Assembly (NCBI GenBank): GCA_030295235.1
Contig: AP026129.1
Location: 806,001 to 870,000 of the forward strand
Length of the DNA: 64,000 nt
Source of the DNA: Fistulifera solaris
Lineage: Eukaryota
Reading direction: 5' to 3'
Shown here: positions 12,706 through 25,027 of the stretch, one piece after another
How the letters are laid out: every line of letters begins with the position of its first letter
Position numbering within the stretch: the first letter of the stretch is position 1
The notes under the pieces: model-generated
Databases searched by the model: none
Told to the model about the DNA's origin: nothing
What the model saw: the letters and a program-made list of their open reading frames with translations, nothing else
Program-made: the position numbers and the translations under genes

Positions 12706-14272
12706 ATGATGATACTATTTGATTCAATAACACACTGGCTCGTCGTCGGAACTTTCCTTAGTTCTCAGACCACGGCATTTACACCGCAAAGAAATTTTTA
12801 CGGAGTGAAGTCTTCAGTAAATCCACAAACTTCGACGACTTCGTTTTCGATGGTCAGCCAGCTAGAGAAACATGCGACGTCATTGAATAGTAACGTTGCT
12901 CGCAGCAGCCCCGTGGTCGTTAGTGAGGAAGCGGAAGCGCTTTCTCATTCAGAAACAACGATGAAGTTGACACCGTCATTTGAGTTATTTCAGTTGCTAG
13001 AAGAATTTGAAGGTGGAAAAGCTCCCCCTTCCATGAGCGGTAATGCACTGCGAACGCCGATTCAGAATGGAAAAGACACTCTAGCCGGTTTCGATCTGAG
13101 TGAATATCTACAGAACCCCAAATTGATTGAGGCATTACCTGATCCTTTCAAAATGGTAGAAAAGAGTTACAACCTTTCAGCGACAGCATCAAGGAGCTTG
13201 TTTCAACCGATCAACCCATACTTAGCATGGCAGCCAAACACTTCTTCGAAAAACGCCACGGCAAACGCTTTCGACCAACCATTGTGCAACTCGTGGCAAA
13301 AGCTGTAGCTGCTGCCACTCCAGATACGGGCGTCCCCTCTGGTAACGTACAATGGTCGGGAGCTAGCACTTTGGCAGAACCTGTGACTCCCGAGAATCAC
13401 CAAGGCAGTGACGTTTGGCGCCGACAGGCTCAGTTGGGCCAGATTGTAGAGATGATCCACGTCGCCAGTCTCATTCACGACGATGTCTTGGACGAAGCAG
13501 ATACCCGACGTGGAGGTGAAGCCGTTCACAAGCTCTATTCCAATAAAGTAGCTGTTCTGGCCGGCGACTACCTACTAGCACGAGCTTCGGTTCTGCTAGC
13601 TCGACTCGAAAATACGGCCGTGGTTCAAATCATGGCTACTGCACTGGAATCTCTTGTAGCCGGTGAAATCATGCAACTGAAAAGTCCACCGGAAACACTC
13701 CTGGAAATGGAAACGTACTTGCGGAAAAGTTACTACAAAACAGCATCACTGATTTGCTATGCGTGTCGCTCAACGGCACTCTTGGGCGGGCACGTCTACG
13801 ATTCTGCTGCGGCAACGGCGTGCGAAGAATTCGGCTTCCACCTCGGTCTTGCCTACCAAATTCAAGATGATATTCTCGATTTTACAGCTGCCGCATCTGT
13901 CTTGGGAAAGCCGGCCCTAGCCGACATGGACTTGGGACTCAGCACAGCACCAATTTTGTATGCAGCCCAGGAAACGCCCAGCTTACGCGCCTTGGTTATG
14001 AGAAGATTTAAAAGAAGGGCGACAAACAAGCTGCTTTGGAAGCTTTGTACAAGAGCGTTACAGCCATGGACAAAGCACGCGCTTTGGCACGCTTTCATGC
14101 TCAGGTAAGTTTCGATTTCACCTTCGGTACATAATGTTTGGCTGATTGGTTAACTCATTCGAATTTTTCTTTGGAACAGAGAGCAATCGACGCATTATTG
14201 CGCTTACCCCAGTCCGACTCTCGGGATGCTTTAATTCGGTTAACACACATTGTCATTACAAGAAAAAAATAA
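12706..14272 (+). CDS. Long-chain trans-prenyl (solanesyl/decaprenyl) diphosphate synthase, probably plastid-targeted
   Basis: GKRFRP, FARM HDDVLD...RRG, NKVAVLAGDYLLA, KTAS, SARM QIQDDILD. Signal peptide ends TTA-FTP. A-run indels near 13160 and 14010. Last intron starts 14105. Confidence 0.92.
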
Positions 14273-14482
14273 AAAATGGAACCGATCTTTCTGCCAAAGA
14301 GATGAGCAGAACCAAGGGCAACAAGTCGCGGCGGATAACACAGAATCGTCTCTGTGCGATGCAATCTACACGACAATTTCTCTAGACCAATCTGTTTACT
14401 TCCTAGAATGTAATTGCTAAATTGAAAATTCAATGACATTTTCCGAACTTATTTAAGTGATACAAGAGGTGCAGCAGTAAGC

Positions 14483-15065
14483 TCAAGCTGCCAGTTCTCT
14501 AGCCGGAGGCAAGTTCTTCACAAGGTGCAACAGATCCTGCATAACATCGCTCGCTGACAAAATTCCAACAAGATTCTCATGTTCGTCGAGGACCGGCACT
14601 CTGGTAAATTGATGCTCGGTCATGAGCAACGATGCCTGCTGCATCGTGTGTTTGGGCGACACCGAAACCACGAGCGGGCTCATGACGTCGTTCACCCTTT
14701 GCGCACAAATCTTGCGCGCTGTCTCAACGTAGGTCTGCACTTGCTCGCGCGAGCCGCCCATGGGCAGTAAAGATCCCTCCAAAGCTTCTTTCTGCAAAAA
14801 ATCCATCGCCGTAACCATACCAACTACTTTTCCATCGTCGTCGAGAACTGGAGCACCCGAAATGCCGTTACGAAGCAACAAACTCATTGCATCGTCTAAC
14901 GACTGGTCGGGATGTAGAATTACCGTTGGCGCCGACATGCAATCGGCCACATGTTTTCTTCTGCAAGGTCGACACGGGCGTCGAAACGAAGACACGCCCG
15001 GTCGAGCTGAAAGCTTGCGTCGATGACAGGAAAAAGAGGAATTGAATAGCCGTGAAGGGTCTCAT
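14483..15065 (-). CDS. CBS-domain pair protein, probably plastid-targeted
   Basis: VADCMS...GISGAPV...GKVVGMVT and VNDVMS...RVPV...LVGILSASD. N-terminus MRPFTAIQFLFFLSSTQA-F. One indel near 14955. Confidence 0.88.
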
Positions 15066-15530
15066 CGAATCTATCTGTAAAGATCTAAACGGTCAAGATG
15101 TCCTTTGAAATAATGTTTAACAATTACAATAAAGATATCTCGAGAATCGAATAATGCACAGAACGCGAACACGTCGTCTTAACTGCAATTGTAATGCCAC
15201 AAATGTCTGTCTCGGGTGACACAGTTCTTCGACGCGATTTTGTTTAGCCAGCTGCAAAATATCTGACCGGTACTGGATTTGTTTTTTTACTACGGTATGA
15301 TGAAACACGACTCAAAGGACGAATTTGAGTCACATCTTCCGCTATTGCCAAGGAAACATCGACTTTCGACAGAACTCGAAAGATCTCTCGTGGTTTCGAA
15401 GAAAAAGGGAATCCTGCTCGTGTGATCAATAGTTTCTTTGTTACCCACATCTCATAATCAAAGAAAACAGGGAATCTTTACTAGAAGATTACATTTGCCC
15501 CAATTAACTCAACAACACTCAGCAAACACC

Positions 15531-16415
15531 ATGACATACTCGCAGTACGATAAGCCCGTGACAGATACTATGAAAGAAGGTATCCAGGATACTAAGTCGA
15601 GCGTCTTTGGGAAGGAACCGACGCAAGGTTCGGGTGAGCAATCATTCCAGGGTGCGATTCAAGACAAGCTGCAAAAAATGGCACATCAATGGCGCGATGA
15701 TATTATGGAACCCTTTGAAGATCGATCGGATCAGAATGAAGTAGAACGGACGGGAAAGAACCTGGTAGACAAAACTAAGGAACAGGCGTCGCATGCGAAA
15801 CAAAAGATTGGTGGAATGTTCCAGGATTCTACGCATGAAGCAACACCCAATGAACATGAGTCGTATCAGGAAATGCTTCAGGATAAAATTGATCAAGGTA
15901 CAAATTCGATCAAAGATATTACTCATAAAGTGAAAGAAGAAATCATGGAGACTTTTGGTGACAGATCGCACCCGAATGATATGAAGCAAGCCGGCGAGCA
16001 ACTTCGTGACAAAACCAAGGAACAGGCATCCAAGGTTCAAAGTACTTGGAATGAAAATTTTACTGGGTCAAACGAAAACAAGCGCATGAAGGATGGATCC
16101 CACGGTTTTGACGAAGGCTTCAAAACATTTGGCCAGGAAGCCAAAGAGCAGTACGAAATGGACCAGCGTCAAGCCGAAGAAGTCAAGGCAGAATGGGGAA
16201 ACGCATTTCAATCTGTCAAGCACTCGGTCAAGGATGCGCTGGGAATGGATTCGGAAACTAATCCAAACAGAGAATTGAATGGAAATACCCCGGATTATCG
16301 CAGTACCGACGTACTTCGAGAGTCAGCTGGCGGTGCAATTGTGCCCCCATTCGACCCCACCAATGAACCCTATACGGAAGGGAACGCCATTTCCTTTACG
16401 AAAACAAAGAAGTAG
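15531..16415 (+). CDS. Hydrophilic LEA-like protein with an internal duplication
   Basis: Cys-free, E/K/Q/D-rich 294 aa. Repeated segment QDK....IME.F.DRS..N.....G..L.DKTKEQAS. Confidence 0.65.
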   Translation: MTYSQYDKPVTDTMKEGIQDTKSSVFGKEPTQGSGEQSFQGAIQDKLQKMAHQWRDDIMEPFEDRSDQNEVERTGKNLVDKTKEQASHAKQKIGGMFQDSTHEATPNEHESYQEMLQDKIDQGTNSIKDITHKVKEEIMETFGDRSHPNDMKQAGEQLRDKTKEQASKVQSTWNENFTGSNENKRMKDGSHGFDEGFKTFGQEAKEQYEMDQRQAEEVKAEWGNAFQSVKHSVKDALGMDSETNPNRELNGNTPDYRSTDVLRESAGGAIVPPFDPTNEPYTEGNAISFTKTKK

Positions 16416-16967
16416 ATTAACATCGCTGAAATCATGGCAGACAGGATGACATTTATATAAAATGCATTGGAATTTGAAGTATCACTTCCTGACTTCGGTG
16501 TCTCCTCGTGATGCAAAGCTGCGATTAATACGATCATTTTACGTAAGCCTCCTTATGGGGAAATTTATAGACAGAAGGAAACCCGGATATTGTGTTGTTC
16601 GACATCGTCGTCCATTTTTCGGGTATGTTTGACCCGTTGCACACCTAAATTATGAGACAACATCGATACTTCGCAATAATAGAGGAAGATCCAATCCAAA
16701 CGGAGAAAAGAGCGAACGTACAGCGTTTCAAATGTCTACTTGAATTCCACGCAGGTCCAGTAGGAATTTAATCGATGCATGAAGCACACGGAACTCATCG
16801 AAATCGAACTCATCAATTCTGGTGACTTATTGTTTTGCCCTTAGTCACAAGCGCCGTTAATGTGCACGTACGTGAGACCTAAGGGATCATTATGAAAGAT
16901 TCATTAAATCGATCTATCTTGTTTAGTTTGATTTTTGACACACATGTATTTTCCGCCAGCCATTCCT

Positions 16968-18081
16968 TTATTTAGGAACACCGTTTACCACGTTGAAAAA
17001 GTCTGCTTGGAGTGAGGCTCCTCCGATCAATCCACCATCAATGTCGGGCTGCGCCAATAATTCCTGAGCGTTAGCGCCTTTCATAGAACCACCGTACTGG
17101 ATACGGAGTTTCTTTGCAATATCAGCTCCGACGTTGTCAGCGACCCATTTACGAATGGCTTCGTGCGTTTCCTGTGCCATTTCGGGAGTTGCCGTCAAAC
17201 CAGTACCAATGGCCCAAACTGGCTCGTACGCAATGGCGATATTGTCCCAATCAGCGGCCGTCAAGACTTTCGCTAGCGGCTCTAGCTGGCTGGCACAAAC
17301 GGCCATGGTCGTTCCAGCTTCGCGCTCCTCCTTTTTTTCGCCAATGGCGAACATGACTTTCAAACCCGCGTCAACTGAATAAAGAAACAATTGGAATCGA
17401 TGAGATGGGCACAAAAACGCTATAACTCTGGAAGTTGTATTAGTACGCTACGCGACAACTTACCCGCCACTTTGCACTTTTTCGCACACAATTCGGCCGG
17501 TTCACCGGCCATGCCAAATCCTTCGCGACGCTCCGAGTGACCAATAATCACCCAGACACATCCCAAATCTTTCAACTGCGCCGCACTGACTTCACCCGTG
17601 TAGGCACCGGGTTTTTCGTACACGGCACAGTCTTGAGCACCCACCGCAATATCTTCTCGCAAGGTCGCGAGCAATTGCGGCAAATGCACATACGTGCAGC
17701 AAATAGCTACTTCGACATTATCTGGAATCGGACCCGCTTCATTAAATGTGCTAATAAGAGCTTCATTTTCGGCAAGAGTTCCGTTGCATTTCCAATTGCC
17801 CCCAATCAAGTACGTGCGTTCTCCCTTGTTGGAATTCACGACCGAAGAACCAGCTGGACGACTTTTTTCAAATTCAATTTCGTTAAGAGCAAAAGATTCA
17901 TTGAAGCCGACGCACAGAATAAAAAGAAAAGAAGGGGACAACAAGGATTGTGTCAGGGAAGATTTACTATAACGACGGCAAGAATCGGAAGTGGGTGAGA
18001 CGACGGCGACGGAGTGTGGCCCAACTTCAGAAGAAAAAAGACAAATTGTCGACCATCCAAGATATGACGCCGAATACACAT
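16968..18081 (-). CDS. TPI: Triosephosphate isomerase; N-terminal targeting exon not resolved
   Basis: GGNWKCNG, GAYTGEVS, IGHSERR, AYEPVWAIGTG, YGGS, DIDGGLIGGASL. Intron 17375-17463. Confidence 0.95.
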
Positions 18082-18900
18082 TCTTGACTTTTTCTTTGAC
18101 TATTACTTGAACTTTTGCTAATGGAAGTAATGTGGTTCGGTCCTAAAATGGTGAATTCTTGACGTTTGTCGTCGTCTTTCGTGAACGTCAACGACAGTAG
18201 AAATAGCCTCCGCCGGCCGCCCACCGCTAGACACACGAGTCGCAAAACACTTACCTAGACATGTTAGTAAAAGAAAGGCTTTGTTTTTCAGAGTGAATGA
18301 CGAATACAGAGTAGTATCTTAGTGTTGTCGAATAAAACGAAAAGTTCGCTTGTTTGGATTGTTCACTTGCGTTTTTCGAACTGGATCTTTTCAACGAAAG
18401 AACGCAATTTTGGGGGGAGACACAAGTATACTTGTAACTGTCCTCCATTGAGTAAGTCGACATCTGTCATGGTGAGACACGATGACGCAGCCAATTGGGT
18501 GTCTGTCGTCGCGCATCTTGCTCCGGACTTCCATTCATGACGTAACTGTCGCACCGACGAACGAGAAAGTCTAGATTCGAAATACTATCAGTAATACTAG
18601 TTCTACAAAAATCCCGCCAACAAGAGCGTCAATCAGAAAGCTTAAAATGTATTGTTAATCTTTTTTGTATCGACCGGGATCCTAAAGGGACTCTGGTCAA
18701 AGCCGTCATTTGGCGGCGGGAGAGGCAGCAAAGCCTAACACCTGCGTAACGATGGAACAAGTCAAAATTTAACATCATTTTGTTGCTTAAAACAATAGTT
18801 TCGCTAGAGACTGCTCGTAGTGATACAGATGTAGTTCGACCACGACGTTTCACTTGATATTCACAATGATATAATATGCCCCGCAGACTTGACTTTGCTA

Positions 18901-19958
18901 CTAATAGCGCTGAACTTGTTGCCATTTGTCTTGAATAATCTGCTGTATTGGCATGTTGTAAATACGTTCGAGTTGATGTTTAGCTGCACTAGAAGCGCCT
19001 TTTCCCAACGCTTGGTTTTGCAAAAGCGAATAACACTCTAATGTTTCCTCACTGAACTCACTGGGTGCAGAATCATCGTCGTTACTCTGCCGATGTTGCG
19101 GATCTCGGAAAGATGAAAGACTGCCGGCAATATTTTTTAAAGACAAGTGACGTGGCGGGTAGCCAAAGTAAACCAATGAAGCTCGTCGTTCATGTTTGGG
19201 AGAAAGCACTCGGTGTAAGGGTGATGGCCACTCTGTCTGGAGCGCCAAGCTGGTGATATCACTGCAATGCACGACGAAAGTATTAGGCACGGGTGTTACA
19301 TCCGTCCAAAGCTCACAGCTTCGACAATACGTTTGTAGTCCTCCAACTTCATCTTGCCAAACGATTGTAAAACTCCCCCAATCCGTGTGAGGATTGGATC
19401 CCAAAGTGACGACCTCATCTTCACAGCTGTTTTCTTCGGCTGTTTCGTAAAAGAACGCCCGCATTAGATCCAGTCGTTGTGATTGAGGGTCTTCTTCCAG
19501 CAAAATATTGGGTGGCAATTGCAGATGACGGCAAAGCGAGACGGCAATTCTGTGAAACAGTTCAAACCACTCGACCATGTTGCGTTGCACTTCCTGCTGC
19601 AAAGGATCCATTGTGCTATTAGTGGGTTCGTCGAAAATGATACTTCCCAAGATTGTTTCAATTCTTGTTGACTACCCCCACTTTCATTCGTCCGATATTG
19701 AAAAGAATAACGCGAAGTTTGAAAGCTCTCTTGACAACGAAACAACGGAACAAAACGTTCGTCCTTCCAGGAACTGGTGGTAAGATTCCCTTCGTCGTAA
19801 CGGATCGAGGACCAACCGTATTTTTTCAAGTTGCTGTGCAGCTGGTCTGACAATGAATGCTTACTTTCCAAACTCTCGTTACTTAAAGTGACAATCCGCG
19901 GGTGAATGCAGCACGTACACGACTTTGTGCCCCCAACTTTCGTCTCGTACGATCTCAT
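18901..19958 (-). CDS. 2-oxoglutarate/Fe(II) dioxygenase (IPNS/2OG-FeII_Oxy type)
   Basis: HxD (PHTDWGSFT), GGLQ, distal His (LHRV) and RxS (RRAS). N-terminal YGWS...ELKQSW frame is joined by a T-run indel near 19635. Confidence 0.85.
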
Positions 19959-20244
19959 TCTACCACAGTTGCTGACCCCGAAGCAATGTGCTAATGTGTC
20001 AATTCGAAATCTGATTTCGTTTTGCTTTGTAGTAACTTCCACGAAAAGACCATTGCCGGGACGAATGCACGAAAATGAGTTGAAGCCGCGCATCCATCAA
20101 CACGAACAACCATCTCATGATTGTGGCAGCGCCCGTGAGAGGCGGAAAAGTTAAGGTTAAGGACATGATAAAGGAATAATTCAACATTTTGCACGTAAGA
20201 CGTCCCCAAGATTTTTTGGAAAATCGAACATAAAACAACCACAG

Positions 20245-20557
20245 ATTTTCTGGTGACGTGAAAACACCACACCCCCATATTTTCTGGGTACGTGAAAACA
20301 CCACACGCCCATATTTTCTGGGTACGTGAAAACACCACTCTCCCATATTTTCTGGGTACGTGAAAACACCACACGCCCATATTTTCTGGGTATGTGAAAA
20401 CACCACACGCCCATATTTTCTGGGTACGTCACAACAATTTTCTGGGTACGTGAAAACACCACTCTCCCATATTTTCTGGATACGTGAAAACACCACTCGC
20501 CCATATTTTCTGGGTACGTGAAGACACCTCTCTCCCATATTTTCTGGGTACGTCACC
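20245..20557. repeat. Minisatellite with a 34-bp unit (CCCATATTTTCTGGGTACGTGAAAACACCACACG), about 9-10 copies, one truncated
   Basis: Head-to-tail copies with ACG/TCT/TCG variants and no unique spacers. Ten TTTTCTGG cores counted. Confidence 0.95.
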
Positions 20558-21344
20558 ATATCATTCTCAATAAATTTTCGCGTTTCATAAAAAAAATTTT
20601 CCTCATATATATTTTATTCCTAATTTTTTAATCGTCAGAATCTAATCTTGACATTCGACTGAATTTTCCACTTTTCATTCACATATATTTCAGTCTGACA
20701 CTTCAATGAGTAAGCTTTGGTTCTAACTCCCTAGCCTTAGTGCGCTAGTAGAGGGCCAGCCCGAGCCCGTTTCCCAATGAGGGGGATTCCGTTTTGGCAT
20801 TCCGTATTTCGTCGTTCGCACAAAACCTTCGTTCCTCACTAAAAATCTTTTCGTCGCCATCGACATCAAACTAGCGTTTTCAATCGAATTTCGCGTAACT
20901 TTTGCTGTTTTTCTGCTTAATACTTTTCTTATGCGGTTTATAAATGAGCAGTTTCTTGGCGATCCTTGAGGGTAAGAGTGTCGATTTATCGGCTTTTAGG
21001 TCTTGCCAACGATCGAAATTTCACTGTCGACAGAGAAAACATTGCCGACAAAAGATCTCCGAAAGCCGAGAAACATACTGACGCCATTCTGTGACAATGT
21101 TCAAAAGCACCTTGCTTCGCCTCAGACGTTCTCACAAGAAAAGGCTTCTTTATCGTCTCATTCTTGCTAATCGATTTCCGCTTCAAAATTATCTTTCTCC
21201 TTGCGTCGGATCATCAACTTCGCACGAGCTAAAGAACCGCTTAAATTCAAATAAACTTAAGTCAATAGTAACGATTAATGAATATTTATTTCCTATTACC
21301 AATAAAACATTTATTTTTCCTCTGATATATCATTGTCGGGACCA

Positions 21345-21925
21345 AACTGAGTATCGACTTTGTACGCGAAACTCGCTTTGAGGCTTTCGGAATCGAGGCC
21401 AAATGCACGCTTCCCGACGGTCATTGTTGATTCACAGCTCTTCATTCAAAAATTAGAGATATTGCGGATTTTTTGAGGCAAAGGGCAACCCGGCCAAATC
21501 CGAAAAGATATCGCCACTGCCTTTCCACAAAGCTTTTCTTGAGCGCTGCGTACGAAGTCATCACATCAACTACTATTTATCCTCATTTCAATCCACAGGA
21601 TGTAAAAAACCGCTGGTTTATGCAACAATAGGCGCTTTAAAAGTCGCTTTTGGATAACGCATTCTGATTCTGATTGGTTGGACCTTTTGGACTTTTTGGA
21701 TCGTCTGATTCTGATATGCTGCATCCAAAAAGTTTCTTGGATGGCATGTCGCTAAGGTATGTCTTCCTCCTAAGTAAATCCAACGACGGACGGTCCAAAA
21801 AGGTCTTCCAGCATGGAGTGTTTGCCGTATTTTCCGTCCTTTATTTTGTAGTGAACATTCACTGTTCATAGAACAGACGCCAAAAAGCGTTTGTCTCTAC
21901 TTTAGCAAACGATCATTTTTGAATA
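21345..21925 (+). pseudogene. Decayed OTU-like cysteine protease frame
   Basis: TLPDGHC*FTAL (DGHC*FTAL at 21416-21442), then across frameshifts RWF...IGALKVAFG*RILIL and VCLYFS/NDHF. These are the three OTU blocks in the expected order, with several stops. Confidence 0.45.
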
Positions 21926-22637
21926 AATGCGCACTATTTTGAATGAAATGATGATACCAGGTACGATGATTACCGGTATTTCATCAACGATTCTGGCAAG
22001 AGGCAAGAGCAAGAGGGGGAGAGAATTCATTCACTCGTCGTTCGTCGTTGTCATAGTCTGTTTGTTTGTATGAAAGGCCCAAAAGCGTTGAGAACAATTT
22101 ACTTAGGCTACATTATTTGAATGGATCCGGTACGACGTGATTACATAGGACCGGATCAAAAGTATGCCTAAATGAGAACGCGGCGTAGCGCTCGTAAGAA
22201 ATGAACGGAGGCTTCGGCGCGGACGAGATTTTCATTAGGGATTCCTTTTTACAGTTGCATTTTGGGTGCCGCAAGATTCAAAAAGTTCGAGCCGTAATCG
22301 AAGATCGGAATTCCGTAGAAAAGGTACGCGTTATTTTTGGCGGCGAACACGCCCGTCGAGATTACATTTCCTTGTTTCGAAGCGCGCGGTGACTGGCAGC
22401 AAGTAATGAGCCGAAAAGTGCACAGTAGGCCTTCGTAGCAAATCTACTCAGTCGAAAGCAAATTGAATTTGAGCGCACGCCGCCTTGCTCGCTCTCGCCC
22501 TCCATCACCTCCCCCTCACTAATTTTTTTCGACTCGGACGATGATGATCACTTGCAATTACAAGTAATTACCAAGAAGCAGTTCCTTACTTCCCAACGTT
22601 ACGATTCTTTCTTTTAATCAAAGACGACTATTGAGCG

Positions 22638-24196
22638 ATGTCAACTAGACAAGACTTGCGTAGATCCTCTCGGCTGCAAGAACTAAACGCAAAACGAATT
22701 GCTGATAGCAACAAAAAAAATTCCTCCGCGCCCACAGTATCCGCACCTGTACCGATTCCATCATCTGGTCCTTCTCCGTATGCTTCGATCCCCCTCGGAG
22801 ATGACCTGCAGCCATCGCAGAGTGTTGCCAGCACGGCAACGGCGCCTCGGCGGCGAAGAACCGCGCCCACTATTGTTTCGAATTCACCGGCCAAACGACA
22901 GCGTCGTTACTACAACTTGCGTTCGTCGACCAAAAAGTTCATTCCATCCGCCGAACTCATACCCGCAGTCACACCGAAGCAGATCACATTCGAGGAAGAA
23001 GACGTCTATGACATCTATAACGGCCCCTTGGTAAAACAAGAGGACCCCTCGCTGGTTTGGTCATCGCAGCATTTTACCTCGTACGGTGCTACTTACTTAC
23101 AACATCAGAAGCAAAAGAGGAGCGTGAATATAACGACCTCTTTGGGACAACTGGTCCTTATCCGCCATGTGCCGTGGTCGAAAAATATGCATCTGATGAA
23201 AGCGAATGGAGATATAGGGATGATGACGAGGATGAACTCCACCACGATCGATACGAATACCGACAGCGGATCCTTTCTTTGAAGGAAGTTTCTCCACTGG
23301 ATGTTTCAACGAGACTACCGCAACAACCGATGATCTCGGCAAAGATGCGAGCTACTCTTGTCAACTGGTTGACCGAGGTTGCGAGCGAGTACAATGTCTC
23401 CAACACTGCTCTGCATTTGGCTATAACTTTATTGGATGCTTACCTCGCAAAAGGCGATTCCGAGTCCAGCTACAACGAAAACCTGATTGTTTATCGTAGC
23501 GAGTTTCAAGCATTGGGGTGGTAAGTGTTTCCTTTTGATGATATGGAACTCAACCGCGCATTTACTCACGACATCTTTTCTCCCAGTGCTTGTCTGTGGA
23601 TTGCATCCAAAATGGAGGACAAAACTCCACCAGAAATCAATGACCTGGTATACATTTCAGATCACTCCTTCTCTAGGTCGAAACTCGTTGAGATTGAGCT
23701 GCGCGTTTGCAGGACGCTCAACTTTCGCCTGCACCGCGTGACACCACATCATTACCTCGATACGTTCCTAAAGGCCAGTCATGCAGGAGATCCTCCCAAA
23801 CAGATGCTTTGGGATGCGACCGAGTACTTGCTTGAACTAAGTCGCCTCTCGTTCGAAATCTCTTTCCGACCACCGAGTCTTGTTGCTGCAGCGGCTCTTT
23901 ACTTGGCTCGTGCTACCGTTGGTATCATTCACAAGGGACGCAGCTACTGGTCGCCGACACTTGCTCATGTAACCCAATACTCGCTTGAAGACATCGAAGA
24001 CACTGTACTGATGCTCCACAAGTACCAGCTCCTGGCTTCTGAATCAAAAGAGTTCAGTGCCATCCACAGCAAGTATCGCCCACGCGAACATCACCACGTG
24101 GCGTTGAAGGTTCCGCCGCGCTTTGATAGCTTGGCGATTGATTTTGCTATTTGCGGAGATGTTCAATATGAATACCTCACAATTTCCCGGCCTTGA
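22638..24196 (+). CDS. Cyclin (A/B-like or diatom-specific cyclin)
   Basis: Cyclin box MRATLVNWLTEVA, LHLAITLLDAYL, FQALG|CACLWIASKME across intron 23521-23586, YLLELS, PSLVAAAALYLA. One indel near 23110. Confidence 0.92.
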
Positions 24197-25027
24197 AAAC
24201 TTGTTTCAAGTAAGCCAGGTGATAGCTAAGCTCGTTTAATGCTTACTCTAATTTCCGATGACATATCCCTCTCTTATCAATTCTTGATGGATTGTCTCAC
24301 TAGTTATAATGGCGTCCGTTGAAAGACAACACAAACCAGTGCATCCGTCATTACTAAATCATCATTTCATCAGTCATTGCTTCGCAACGCTTTCATAAGC
24401 TCTTCGTATAAACAGTATCGCGTATACCTACGAAAAGGTATTCTGTCCATAGCTTATGCCGAAGGGTTCCGCTTTGGTATTATTTGATTTAACTTTACGT
24501 TTATGTCAAGACTGCCAGTACCTGAGAATTCTTCTTTTCAATTCCGCAGCTACCACTGCTCTTGTTGCACAAGCTTAAAAAGCTTATTACTCTGTATGTG
24601 GTTGTGGTTGTAGTGATTTCGTGACCGCAAGGTGCATGGCGCGACGACTGGCGTTTTGCGATATCTGTCTAAGTAATTGAGCTGGAGGTGCGGGTGATTA
24701 GATTTTCTAGAGTTGTCTTATATGTGTTTTGCTTAAATAAAATGTCCAATAGTGCGCGCAAGCATATTTTCAAATTTTGTGTGAGGTATTATGTAGCTTG
24801 TGGAACAGCCAGTCCTAATTAAAAAGCCATGTCACACCTTCACGCGCGTCAGCTCCCCATTACATCCGCATCGCCATTATTTTTGATCGAGCTGCGAGAG
24901 GAGTCTTGACATTTCAGCGCATCAACCCTTACATCGCAGACGAAAACTCTTTCTATCAAAGTAGACGGAATATTGTATTCCGCGAAATAATGAAGCTGAA
25001 GCTACACTTACAATTTACGTTGATTAA

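Noticed and set aside
20245..20557. CRISPR array
   Set aside because: Units are contiguous with no unique spacers, there are no cas genes, and the context is eukaryotic.
19991..20559. Three overlapping repetitive ORFs (YPENMG.../VFSRTQK...)
   Set aside because: They are translations of the 34-bp minisatellite in rotating frames.
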